A stretch of DNA of 55,959 bases, taken from the NCBI GenBank assembly GCA_038745945.1, contig JBCDLA010000003.1, positions 1 to 55,959 on the forward strand, read 5' to 3'. The translations under genes were made by a program, and so were the position numbers. Shown one piece after another: positions 9,447 to 19,966 of this stretch; positions within the stretch are counted from its first letter, which is position 1, and every line of letters begins with the position of its first letter. The notes under the pieces are model-generated. The model ran no database searches. It was given only the letters and a program-made list of their open reading frames with translations, and was not told where the DNA came from. Origin of the DNA: Cyanobacteria bacterium P01_H01_bin.74 (GTDB lineage: Bacteria > Cyanobacteriota > Vampirovibrionia > Vampirovibrionales > Vampirovibrionaceae).

Positions 9447-10190
9447 ATGACCACTTCCCGTGCACACAACAGATCCAGTAACGCCTTGCGTGACATTGAA
9501 ATTACCCGAAACTACACCTGCTACGCCCCTGGCTCTGTTCTGGTCTGTTTTGGCAATACCAAAGTGATTGTGTCTGCAACCGTTGAAGAGCGTGTCCCAA
9601 GACACATTCATATTTTAAAAGAAGAAAACCGCGGGTGGTTAACTGCCGAATATGCGATGCTACCAGGCGCTTCCGGAAACCGCGTTCAGCGGGACCGATT
9701 AAAAATTTCGGGCAGAACCGCTGAAATTCAACGCTTAATTGGCCGGACCCTCAGGGCTTGTGTGGATCTGAAAAACATTGGTGCGCGCACCATTACCATT
9801 GATGCTGATGTTATTCAAGCCGATGGTGGAACCCGCGTAGCAGCCATTACAGGCGGCTATGTGGCTTTAATGGATTGTCTGGCCCATCTGAAAGAGAAAG
9901 AACTCTTGGAGACCATGCCTGAGGTTATTCCGGTTGCAGCCGTCAGTGTCGGGGTAATTGGGGGCGTTCCGATGCTGGATTTGGATTACTCAGAAGACTC
10001 CAACGCCGATGTGGATGCTAATATTGTGATGACCCACGACGAACGATTTATTGAAGTGCAGATTAGCAGTGAAGAGTCCATGTTTAAACGCTCTGAAATG
10101 GATGAACTCTTGAACCTTGCCACACAAGGCATTCAGAAGATTGCAGCAGTTCAAAACCAGGCACTGCAGCAAGTGCTTTCCCCTGTCTAA
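9447..10190 (+). CDS. rph: Ribonuclease PH
   Basis: The N-terminal R..NALRDIEITRNYT..APGSVLV.FGNTKVI pattern and the 247-aa length are typical of RNase PH. Confidence 0.9.
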   Translation: MTTSRAHNRSSNALRDIEITRNYTCYAPGSVLVCFGNTKVIVSATVEERVPRHIHILKEENRGWLTAEYAMLPGASGNRVQRDRLKISGRTAEIQRLIGRTLRACVDLKNIGARTITIDADVIQADGGTRVAAITGGYVALMDCLAHLKEKELLETMPEVIPVAAVSVGVIGGVPMLDLDYSEDSNADVDANIVMTHDERFIEVQISSEESMFKRSEMDELLNLATQGIQKIAAVQNQALQQVLSPV

Positions 10191-10207
10191 TTTTTTTAAC
10201 TGTGCCT

Positions 10208-11518
10208 ATGAAAAAATCACCTGCCAAAAAACAAGCCCTGCAACGGCCCAAAGGGACCCAGGACCTATACACCCCGGAGATTTCCCGGTGGCACCATCTG
10301 GAAAAAACCTGTCAGCGCATTTTTACCCAGTACGGTTATTCTGAAATCCGCCCGCCCGTCTTTGAGTCCACGGCTTTGTTTATGCGGGGCGTCGGTGAAA
10401 CAACAGACATTGTCAACAAAGAAATGTATACACTGGCTTCAAAAACAGCCGAGGAAAGCGACAGCAATATCAACACATTAACGCTTCGTCCGGAAGGAAC
10501 AGCTGGTGTGGTCAGGGCCTACATCGAAAATGGTATGTCACGATGGCAAAAGCCGGTGAAATTGTATTACATGGGCCCAATGTTCCGCTACGAGCGTCCG
10601 CAAGCCGGTAGGCAACGTCAGTTTCATCAGATTGGCATTGAATCGTTTGGGATTGATAGCCCAGCAGCCGATGCGGAAGTGATTTTTATGGCCATGCAAC
10701 TGTTCAAGCACCTGGGCTTGCGTGACCTAACCCTGCAAATTAATAACATAGGCACCCCTGCTTGTCGTGAGCAGTTTAAAGTCACTTTAAAAGCCAAGCT
10801 GGCCAATCAGCTGCCCCAATTGTGCAATGACTGTAAAACCCGGTACGAAACCAACCCGTTGCGGCTGCTTGACTGCAAGATGCCAAGTTGTCAGGCACTA
10901 TTGCAAACCCCAGAAATTCAGAATTTTTTAGCCCAAGATTTTACCGCAGAAGTCGAACAAAAGGCCTTTAACCAGCTGCTGTCTTTGCTGGATGAGTTGG
11001 AGATTGCCTACTACCGAAATCCAACCCTGGTTAGAGGCTTAGATTATTATACGCGAACCGTTTTTGAAATCACATCCAGTTCTGATGCCTTGGGGGCACA
11101 AAATACCATTTGCGGCGGAGGGCGTTACAACCCACTGGTTGAGACATTGGGTGGACCAGAAACCCCTGGAATTGGCTGGGCATTGGGCGTCGAACGCCTG
11201 CTTCGGCTGCTGCCAGAGATACCCCTCCCGCCTCTCGATTTTTACATTGCAACCGATTGCCATGCCCGTGCATTCCAGTTGGCTGAGCGCTTGTATCACC
11301 AAGGATTTTCGGCTGAAGTTGATCTCACTGAGAAACCCGCAGGCAAGCAGCTTGAAAAAGCGAGTAAACGAGGGGCCAAACAGGCCATTCTCTATTTTCA
11401 GGATGCCGTTCAAGCCAGAAAAATTGTTTGTAAAACCCTTTCAACTGGCGAGCAGTTTTCTGGCTCACTTGATGGCTTTTTGGAAGCACTGCAGGGTACA
11501 AGTGTTAAAAGCCTATAG
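10208..11518 (+). CDS. hisS: Histidine--tRNA ligase
   Basis: Class II motifs (KLYYMGPMFRYERPQAGRQRQFHQIG; GGGRY). ATG at 10208 is preferred over the GTG at 10202. Confidence 0.92.
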   Translation: MKKSPAKKQALQRPKGTQDLYTPEISRWHHLEKTCQRIFTQYGYSEIRPPVFESTALFMRGVGETTDIVNKEMYTLASKTAEESDSNINTLTLRPEGTAGVVRAYIENGMSRWQKPVKLYYMGPMFRYERPQAGRQRQFHQIGIESFGIDSPAADAEVIFMAMQLFKHLGLRDLTLQINNIGTPACREQFKVTLKAKLANQLPQLCNDCKTRYETNPLRLLDCKMPSCQALLQTPEIQNFLAQDFTAEVEQKAFNQLLSLLDELEIAYYRNPTLVRGLDYYTRTVFEITSSSDALGAQNTICGGGRYNPLVETLGGPETPGIGWALGVERLLRLLPEIPLPPLDFYIATDCHARAFQLAERLYHQGFSAEVDLTEKPAGKQLEKASKRGAKQAILYFQDAVQARKIVCKTLSTGEQFSGSLDGFLEALQGTSVKSL

Positions 11519-11531
11519 AAGCTTTGAAAAA

Positions 11532-13517
11532 TCAAGTCTCAAAGTATTGGTTGACCAAAGCATTAATACAATGGGTAACATATCGAGATTTTTGCAACAA
11601 TTGACGGTTTTCCAGGGTTTCAACCGATTGAAGCATTAATTTCGCGTTCCAGCCGGAACTGGATTTCAATTCAGTAGATTTCAGTGTGTTTTTTTTGTTT
11701 TCAGCCCCTTCCCACTCAGCAGTCTCCAACGCTTCGGATTCGGATGATGCATCATCACCAATTTCTTTAGCAGAATATGTACTGGCTTGATAGGTTACTG
11801 GCTTCTCGTTGAATAACCCAGCTGACAAGCTGTCATTATTTATATTGTTATTTGTTTCATCAGAGAAGACTTGAGATACGGAGTGTTCCTCACACTTTGG
11901 GCCGGAATAACCGGCGGTTACACCTGTTGGATCAACTGGGTTGGGCTGTGCCGTTGCTTCGCTGGGTCCTTTTTTTGCGAATTCTTGTCCAACAGCAAAC
12001 TCAGACACTGTATCACTTTCTTCTACTCTATTACTTTCTTCAGTGGCTTGTGTTTCATAGGCTTCAGGCAATGCTTCTGTGCTGTTATCAAAGGGGAGAG
12101 GAGGAGGCGGTGCGACCACAGGTTCAAAACCATTGAAGTGATCAATTTCTGAGTCGTTAAAGTTGGTAAAGGCATCATCTGGGTTAGTCTGGTCTTCAAA
12201 ATCAACCATTGGCAGTGGAAATACTGCCATTTTATTTGTTTCTGAGACGAACTCCTGAAAAAGATCGTCTGATGTATGGGGGGGGGGGAAGGCATCCAAT
12301 GGGGGTACGGGTTGCATTTCATCAAAAGCCGGCTCAAATGTCAGATTTGATTCTAGTAAATGAGAACCATTGCTCTCCGCAGACTCTTGCGTTAGGTTTT
12401 TATTTGGATCAGTTTGCTCAGAATAGTGACTGGTATTTTGATTTTTGCCTTCTGACTTGGTTTCTGGCTTTTCATTTGGCGCTTCGTTTTTTTCGGATTG
12501 AACTGCATCAAAGAAATAATCGACATCGGGTGTCCAACTTTGCAGAGTGGCCTCATCTCCCGCATTGTTTACGGGATTTTCTGCTTTAGTTGTGTGTTCT
12601 TCTAAGTAATCGCTGTAATCTTCAAGGGACTCAAGGGCAAAATCATCATTCGACGCCAGATCATCTAAAATTTCATAAAAAAAAGAATTGGACGCAGTCA
12701 AATCTGGCTGATTAGACGTGCTCTGTGAATGCGCATCAAGTTGCTTGCTTGCGGCCTCAAGCAATGATGCATTCGTATTGAAATCTGAGCACAAGTCATT
12801 GAAGCTGTTGTCTGAAAGGACTGCTTGTGCTTCATTTAAGGCTGTTTCCGGGGCAACAAGGTCTATAGACTCAAAACCAACAGTCACATTTGCAATATCA
12901 AGTGTTTCTGAAAGCTTTGTCAGTTCAAGTTCGGAAACACCAATGGGATGAGCATACAGGTTAGAAAAGTCATTATCCATTGCTTCATCTCCAAAACGGA
13001 TTGATTTCTCTGGAGGGTTTAAATCAATACTGAGCTGGTTTGAAGAGAACTTTTGAGGACAATCATTCTCTGGCTTATCATCAAATGGTGCCAAGGCTTG
13101 CAGTTCAGGATCATTAAAATCTGTTTTTTCTGAAAATTGAATGCTGTGTTCTGGTAAAATATCGCTTTCATTGTTTTCAGACACAAGCTTACCGGAAGAT
13201 TCTTCCAGTAAGTCACTTCCTTCTGGCTTTTCGTTTGATGCACTCAGCAAAGATAAATCATTGTTGTCGACCAGGGTTTTTAAATCGACTGATGCATTTT
13301 CGGACTGATCAGAATGCGTGGATTCCAGATCTTCATTTTCGCTATTGTTGGTCTCTTTGATTTGAGTTTTCGTGCGTGTTGAAATGTTTAAGTGGTCATT
13401 GTCCGTGGACTTTTTTCTATCGGCAGGCTTTGCCAAAACGACACCTTCGGGTAACGCAATGGTTTTTGTTTCTTTATGATCTGAACTTGATTCGGAGAGA
13501 AAAGGCCAAAAACTCAT
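11532..13517 (-). CDS. Hypothetical, strongly acidic, low-complexity protein (661 aa)
   Basis: Long uninterrupted ORF with an ATG start. D/E/S/N/T/P-rich, with proline runs (PPPH, PPPPLP) and no TM helix or recognisable domain. Only the last 50 aa or so look like an ordinary helix. Contains a C11 homopolymer (12278-12288). Confidence 0.65.
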   Translation of the reverse strand: MSFWPFLSESSSDHKETKTIALPEGVVLAKPADRKKSTDNDHLNISTRTKTQIKETNNSENEDLESTHSDQSENASVDLKTLVDNNDLSLLSASNEKPEGSDLLEESSGKLVSENNESDILPEHSIQFSEKTDFNDPELQALAPFDDKPENDCPQKFSSNQLSIDLNPPEKSIRFGDEAMDNDFSNLYAHPIGVSELELTKLSETLDIANVTVGFESIDLVAPETALNEAQAVLSDNSFNDLCSDFNTNASLLEAASKQLDAHSQSTSNQPDLTASNSFFYEILDDLASNDDFALESLEDYSDYLEEHTTKAENPVNNAGDEATLQSWTPDVDYFFDAVQSEKNEAPNEKPETKSEGKNQNTSHYSEQTDPNKNLTQESAESNGSHLLESNLTFEPAFDEMQPVPPLDAFPPPHTSDDLFQEFVSETNKMAVFPLPMVDFEDQTNPDDAFTNFNDSEIDHFNGFEPVVAPPPPLPFDNSTEALPEAYETQATEESNRVEESDTVSEFAVGQEFAKKGPSEATAQPNPVDPTGVTAGYSGPKCEEHSVSQVFSDETNNNINNDSLSAGLFNEKPVTYQASTYSAKEIGDDASSESEALETAEWEGAENKKNTLKSTELKSSSGWNAKLMLQSVETLENRQLLQKSRYVTHCINALVNQYFET

Positions 13518-13678
13518 AGTAAATCAAACCCTTTAACGTGCTGTACCTGTTCTGTATTTGTAAATGACTTTGAACTACTGCACCATAATCGGATTCGACC
13601 AATTTAAAATCATCTTTAAACGGCTTTTTTTAATCTCAATAGAGCAGCCGATATACCCTCTGGAACCCAATTCAGAAA

Positions 13679-13759
13679 TGGGCAAGAGAGGACTCGAACC
13701 TCCACAGATTGCTCCACTGGTTCCTAAGACCAGCGCGTCTACCATTCCGCCACTTGCCC
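13679..13759 (-). tRNA. tRNA-Leu (anticodon UAG)
   Basis: The reverse complement folds as a cloverleaf. Acceptor GGGCAAG/CTTGCCC plus discriminator A. D-arm GCG-GAATGGTAGA-CGC. Anticodon stem CTGGT/ACCAG with loop CT-TAG-GA. A 13-nt variable arm (class II). T-arm GGAGG-TTCGAGT-CCTCT. CCA is not encoded. Confidence 0.9.
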
Positions 13760-13863
13760 GCAGCTTTAAAGAAATTTCAATTATGTTATCGGCAACAGTT
13801 TTAAAGGGCAAGCAAAAAAAATTTCAAACTGAAAAAAGACCGAATCTGCTACGACAGAACCTG

Positions 13864-14784
13864 CTACAATTGCGTGGCAATTAAAAAGACAACCACACAG
13901 GCCAAAATACCAAAACTTGACTTCAAATCGCCCGGTTCTCGCTTACCGGTCATCTTGTAAAACAACAGAATCCACAAAGGCTCAGACAGGCCGATCATGG
14001 TAATATAAGAGGGGTTTTCAACTTGCTGAATGGCAATCCATTTGCACGGAACAGCCATTAACCAGCACAATGCCATCAGGCCGGCAGCTTGCCAGCAACG
14101 CCAGTTAACCGATGGGTTCAACAAACTTTGGGTACTTAAAAAAGCAGAATTTACGCCGTTTTTTTGATCAGCCAGATACCGTGTTACGGCAATGCCACTG
14201 TACAAAAGCAAGCCAGTGACGCTTTGAACTGTCATATAAGGTACAATCGCCTCATCCACAGGAACCCGCTGAATGGCCAGTTTCCCCAAAACAATGGCAA
14301 CTGCCATCAGCCCAAAAGCAGGAAGCAGTTGGATTAAGCCAGAAAAACTCAGTGCACAACGCTTAAGCCGCAATGAAAATCCCAAGCAGCCTAATAAAGC
14401 CAAAACCATTAGCCCAATTCGCAAAGGGTTTTGGCAATAATACTGAAACAGCGCAGGGTTAATTGCTGTCCAGAGAAAAAATGTAAAAATCACTTCAACA
14501 GGGCTTAACCGAGAAAGAAGCCCTGCGCTTTTGGTCAGGCACAGGTTAATTTTAATAAGATCAGCCAGCGTAATTAAGAAGGCTCCAATAATAACCAGCC
14601 AGTAAAATTCTTGATCGTGGGGGTAGTTGCTACTGCCAGCCAACAAAAGCAGCAGCACACTGAGGGAGATAACCCGGGAGCACCAGAGGGTTAAATTTAC
14701 GGGCTGTTTAAAAATTTCAGAAGTTAAAAAATAACCGGCTTGAGACCAGCTGGCCCAGATGGCCAAGGGTAACCAGTAAACCAT
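13864..14784 (-). CDS. Polytopic integral membrane protein (about 10 TM; possibly a DMT/EamA-like transporter)
   Basis: 306 aa and almost entirely hydrophobic helices. ATG start. The family assignment is only a guess from size and topology. Confidence 0.55.
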   Translation of the reverse strand: MVYWLPLAIWASWSQAGYFLTSEIFKQPVNLTLWCSRVISLSVLLLLLAGSSNYPHDQEFYWLVIIGAFLITLADLIKINLCLTKSAGLLSRLSPVEVIFTFFLWTAINPALFQYYCQNPLRIGLMVLALLGCLGFSLRLKRCALSFSGLIQLLPAFGLMAVAIVLGKLAIQRVPVDEAIVPYMTVQSVTGLLLYSGIAVTRYLADQKNGVNSAFLSTQSLLNPSVNWRCWQAAGLMALCWLMAVPCKWIAIQQVENPSYITMIGLSEPLWILLFYKMTGKREPGDLKSSFGILACVVVFLIATQL

Positions 14785-14851
14785 AGAGTGCTTGTTTCTT
14801 GTTTAAGAATGGAGGCTTTTTTAGGAGCTGCTATTGCTTTCAAGACTGCTT

Positions 14852-16141
14852 TCAAGAAAAATTGAGTGCTTGTTTAACTGCTTCAGCAGCTTTTTCCCCG
14901 GAACTAACAGCACCGTTGATCGACGGGGTGTCCAAGTAATCGCCTGCCAGATAAACGGTGTTGAAGTGGGTTTTAACAGGCTTTTTGCTGAGGCTGTTAA
15001 AGGGCATGGTCTTGATGGGCAAAGCACGTGGAATAGAATAATGCCTGAGAAATTTCCATTGGTCAACTGTCCGGCCAAACCACTCCCGCAGTTCAGACTC
15101 AATGCCCTGAAGTGTTTCAGGCATATGATGGGGGGCCAGTGATGAAACAGAGATTAAGAACTGTCCGTTTTGGCTGTAACTGGGCTGTACGGCTGAGGGG
15201 CAGCACAATGTTGTAATTCGTTTGCCTGGCACTGTATTGAGTACCAGTTTTTTTCCAAAAGGCGGCGGCGTTGCCGATGAAAAATAGTAACAACTGACAT
15301 TGTGAAAAGGCTGTCGATCCACGGTCTCTGGCAGCAGTGACTCAGCCGTATTGGCATCTGTTGCAATAACCACGGCTTTGGCCGAGACCCAATCTCCCTC
15401 AGTGTCAGCAGGTGTTTCCGCCCGTCTAACTTTCACCCGGTTTTCTTCAACAGCAGTCACCATGGTATTCAGCATAATTGTGGTCTGGGTCAATTGAGCG
15501 GCAAGTGCCTCTGGGATGGCCTGCATCCCACCTTCTGGCAGTGCTGTACTACCGGCGGCAAAGCAGGCATACAAAAACGCAAACAGCCGGCTGGATGTCT
15601 GCAAGTCAGGCTCCAGAAAAATACCTGAAAAAAAAGGCTGAAAAAATTTTGAAATCATCTGTTCACTAAACCCGTACTGCCTGAGAAACTGAACCGTACT
15701 GGTTTCAGTGTGATGCCAGTACGCGTCGTTCTTTAAATAACCTGCCGCAGCGTATTTCAAGGATAGTATTTTCAATTTGTCAGACAGTGTGCCAATGGTG
15801 TTAAAAGCCCCTGTAAGTCCTTCGAGCGGGTGCTTTAAAGGATCTGCGACTGTTTCAAATTTTTTACCCGTCCAAATGCTTGCACCACTAAAAAAACTGG
15901 CCATATTCAGGTTTTTCAGCGTGATGTGTTTCTGAATGTCAGGGTAGGCTGTCAAGAGAACCTGAAACCCGTGATCCAGCTTAAACCCTTCAACTACACT
16001 TGTTTTTACCCGGCCGCCAATGGCATCTGCAGCATCAATGAGTAAAACAGAAATATTTGCCTCATTCAGCACTTTTGCCGCTGTCAGGCCAGACAACCCT
16101 GCCCCCACAACAACAACATCGTACGTCTCATTCCGGTTCAC
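14852..16141 (-). CDS. FAD-dependent oxidoreductase (amine oxidase / phytoene-desaturase-like fold)
   Basis: N-terminal dinucleotide-binding motif YDVVVVGAGLSGLTAA...LIDAADAIGGR and a C-terminal LAGDY motif. GTG start. Confidence 0.75.
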   Translation of the reverse strand: MNRNETYDVVVVGAGLSGLTAAKVLNEANISVLLIDAADAIGGRVKTSVVEGFKLDHGFQVLLTAYPDIQKHITLKNLNMASFFSGASIWTGKKFETVADPLKHPLEGLTGAFNTIGTLSDKLKILSLKYAAAGYLKNDAYWHHTETSTVQFLRQYGFSEQMISKFFQPFFSGIFLEPDLQTSSRLFAFLYACFAAGSTALPEGGMQAIPEALAAQLTQTTIMLNTMVTAVEENRVKVRRAETPADTEGDWVSAKAVVIATDANTAESLLPETVDRQPFHNVSCYYFSSATPPPFGKKLVLNTVPGKRITTLCCPSAVQPSYSQNGQFLISVSSLAPHHMPETLQGIESELREWFGRTVDQWKFLRHYSIPRALPIKTMPFNSLSKKPVKTHFNTVYLAGDYLDTPSINGAVSSGEKAAEAVKQALNFS

Positions 16142-16664
16142 CAGTTTACAGCCCTGATCAAGTTCATAAAAAACAAAAAAATTAAAAAAGTTATAGTGGC
16201 TTTTATTGAAAGAGAGTTACGCGTGTATATGCCTTAAAGACCGGCTATTACAAGGCGGTATTAGTCTCTTTTCACCGACCTTTATTCTTACAAAATTGTA
16301 TCATTTATAGAGGCTTTGTAGCGTTTGATTTTTACGACTTAACTCTGTCAGGCTTATTTTTTTGAGGGGTTCATTTTCACGTTTCATGTAATGAGAGACT
16401 TTCAACTGTGTTTCTAGGCGCTTAATTTTCTTTTTAAAGAAATTAAAAAAATAAATTGCCTTTAAATTGCAGCAGGTTGTACAGCTTGTATTTTATTTGT
16501 TCTTGAGAAAATCAGTAACAATTGCTATTTTATAGCAGCTGTTATTGGCAATGCTGATATCTTTGATTTACTGTATGAATTAACCAGTTGCATTTACAAA
16601 TGCTTGCCTAGCAACTTGATTGCCCGTGGATACATGAATAGTCGCAATTAAACTTTATTTTTAG

Positions 16665-17690
<1,026 letters not shown>

Positions 17691-17753
17691 AAAAAACAGC
17701 CTTAGTTTTTAAGATTAAAGAACTGTTGAAGGGCTGATGAATAGATTTAAAAA

Positions 17754-18902
17754 TTAAACCATTTCTTTTATTGCAGCGACCAAAGCATCAATATCATCTG
17801 CTGTATTAAAGTAGCCAATACTTGCCCGAATTGTACCGCCTTGTGCAATGGTTCCCAACGCTTCATGTGCCATCGGTGCACAGTGGAATCCCGTCCTTAG
17901 CGCAATCCCATACTGACTGGCAAGAATTTTACCGGCATTTTCGACTGTGTGCCCGTCGAGTTTAAATGATAAAACCGGCGTTTTTTGGCTTAAGTCCGTA
18001 TGACCATACAATGTCACACCGTTTATCACCTGAAGTTGCTCAATTAAGCGTTTCAGCAACTTTATTTCATGGGCATGAATGGTCGATAAACCCGTTTCCG
18101 AGACCCATTTAACGCCGTCGGCAAACGCTAGAATCTGTGGGAGCGGGATGCTGCCTGTTTCAATGGCATCTGGCATTTTAAACTGGATGGCATGCTTGCC
18201 TGAATCATTGCCGGTTCCGCCAACAATAAAGGGGCTTAAAGGCACATTCTCGTTTACATACAACGCCCCAATGCCTGGTGGACCATACAAAGACTTATGC
18301 CCAGGAACCGCCATCATGTCGATACCCAGTGACTGGACATCAACCGGTAAAACGCCCGCTGATTGTGCAGCATCAAGAAGGTATAACTTTCCTGCTGCTT
18401 TGGCACGTTTAGCAATAGCAGCAATGGGCAATACCGAACCAATCACATTGCTGGCATGTGTGGTTGCTACCAGTTTTACAGCAGGGTTGTCTTCCAGCAA
18501 TTGTTGATAAACGTCCAGATCAAATGGATTGTTCTCTGAGTAGGGGACAAGAAAAAAAGCAATGCCTTTCTCTGCTGCCATCTTTCGAATGGGCCTTGAA
18601 AGGGCGTGATGTTCAACAGCACTCATGATCACACCATCCCCAGATTGCCAAGGAAATGCCTGAATTGCTGTGTTTAAAGCTTGCGTGCAGCCACTTGTAA
18701 AAGCAATCTGCTCTGGCTTTTTTATATTAAACAAACTGGCCAGTATTTCACGGGCTTGCATTAAGCGTTGCGAGCCCTGCTGAGAAGCTTTGCCTGTTCC
18801 GCGTTTTGGGCTGAACATGGTTCTAAAAGTGGCGTCCAGTGTTTCGTAAACAACCTGAGGCTTTGGCCATGAGGTTGCAGCGTTATCAAGGTAATATTGC
18901 AT
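17754..18902 (-). CDS. Class V aminotransferase / cysteine desulfurase-family PLP enzyme
   Basis: 382 aa. The PLP-lysine context (AVPGHKSLYGPPGIGALYV) and overall pattern resemble the NifS/CsdA/selenocysteine-lyase family. Confidence 0.8.
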   Translation of the reverse strand: MQYYLDNAATSWPKPQVVYETLDATFRTMFSPKRGTGKASQQGSQRLMQAREILASLFNIKKPEQIAFTSGCTQALNTAIQAFPWQSGDGVIMSAVEHHALSRPIRKMAAEKGIAFFLVPYSENNPFDLDVYQQLLEDNPAVKLVATTHASNVIGSVLPIAAIAKRAKAAGKLYLLDAAQSAGVLPVDVQSLGIDMMAVPGHKSLYGPPGIGALYVNENVPLSPFIVGGTGNDSGKHAIQFKMPDAIETGSIPLPQILAFADGVKWVSETGLSTIHAHEIKLLKRLIEQLQVINGVTLYGHTDLSQKTPVLSFKLDGHTVENAGKILASQYGIALRTGFHCAPMAHEALGTIAQGGTIRASIGYFNTADDIDALVAAIKEMV

Positions 18903-18968
18903 CAGTAGTTGTCAGCACTTTCTTTCAAAACGAAATTTTTTTAAATGGAGTACATCTGCAGCAAAAAA

Positions 18969-19436
18969 TTAAAGGACAGGATCAATTGCATCTTTTGAAG
19001 ACTGTTTTGCTGAAAGTCCCAAGAAATATTGAAAAACCTGCTCAGGTAAATTAACCTCTTTCAGTTCCACAGCATTGTTGTACCCCATGTCAGCCCCCTG
19101 CAGATCGCGCTTAAGGGGCGGTGCATAAATATGAAGGCTTACTGCATCCGTGTTGGCATTATTAATCACTTCGTGCCGGTCGCCGACAGGGGTATGTCCT
19201 ATCGCCCCGGATTGCCAGACTGTTGTGATTTTCTGTCCGTTCTTGGTGAACGTGGTGTTTGTCATCTCGCCTTGCAGAATAATCATCAATCCATCAGCGT
19301 TGCCGTGGCCATGCACTGGACTTTTTTGTCCTGGCCGCCAGCATACCAATAGTATTTCAACATGAGAGGATTTAAAAATAAGGTGTCTGGCGTATTGTGA
19401 ATCTTTAAATTGAGTCAGTGTGTCGAGATTGACCAT
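18969..19436 (-). CDS. Cysteine dioxygenase type I-like cupin
   Basis: W.PGQKSPVHGH metal-binding motif followed by GEM, and SLHIYAPPL near the C-terminus, as in bacterial CDO-family cupins. It lies 66 nt upstream of the class V aminotransferase on the same strand. Confidence 0.7.
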   Translation of the reverse strand: MVNLDTLTQFKDSQYARHLIFKSSHVEILLVCWRPGQKSPVHGHGNADGLMIILQGEMTNTTFTKNGQKITTVWQSGAIGHTPVGDRHEVINNANTDAVSLHIYAPPLKRDLQGADMGYNNAVELKEVNLPEQVFQYFLGLSAKQSSKDAIDPVL

Positions 19437-19520
19437 TTGATAAAAAAAGGTTTAATTGCTGTAAAAAATAATTTTTTAATATTTTGGCAAAAAAAAAGAA
19501 ACGCGTCTAATATCCCCACC

Positions 19521-19551
19521 AAAACAAAAAAAAGCACCGTTGGTACGGTGC
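19521..19551 (-). terminator. Orphan rho-independent terminator (minus strand)
   Basis: The minus strand reads GCACCGT-ACCA-ACGGTGC (7-bp GC-rich stem) followed by TTTTTTTTGTTTT. No ORF of 60 aa or more lies upstream of it on that strand. Confidence 0.6.
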
Positions 19552-19966
19552 AAAGCGCAATTTAGATAACTAACAACCTTACCTTACCCTTGTGAAAACC
19601 TTTTACAAAGAAACTGCAAGAACTGATTTGCACTGGGCAATGTTGACAGTTTACTTGCAGTTTTCAAAATCTTTTGATGCATAAAAATTCCTGGATTAAA
19701 GCAATATTTTCAGGTGATTCAGCCTATGTCCTAGTGATTGCATAAAAACATTTTGTTTTACACTTTGAACCTTTTTTTAAGTTATGTAAAGAAAGTGTTT
19801 GATCTTCTTGGCTTTATGGCAAGTTGCTGGACCAAATTTGAGAATAGTTGTTGTTGATGAACTGTGCTTTAATCATAATATTAAAGTAAATAATACATGC
19901 TTTATGAATAGCTCAGCCTTGTATTCTCCTGCTTACTCTGAATAAAACGATTATCTCTGTCGCACA

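Noticed and set aside
9221-9481. 86-aa ORF spanning the lpxK/rph divergent spacer
   Set aside because: It overlaps the 5' ends of both well-supported genes and covers what is most likely promoter DNA.
11064-11639. 191-aa plus-strand ORF running out of hisS into the next gene
   Set aside because: It is out of frame inside the clearly conserved hisS CDS and antisense to the acidic-protein gene. The sequence has no motif and looks like frame-shifted noise.
18079-18507. 142-aa ORF antisense to the class V aminotransferase. Similar long antisense ORFs occur at 30033-30455, 39428-39850, 53957-54421 and 25372-25761.
   Set aside because: Each lies wholly inside a longer ORF on the other strand that carries recognisable family motifs. 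These are typical shadow ORFs.
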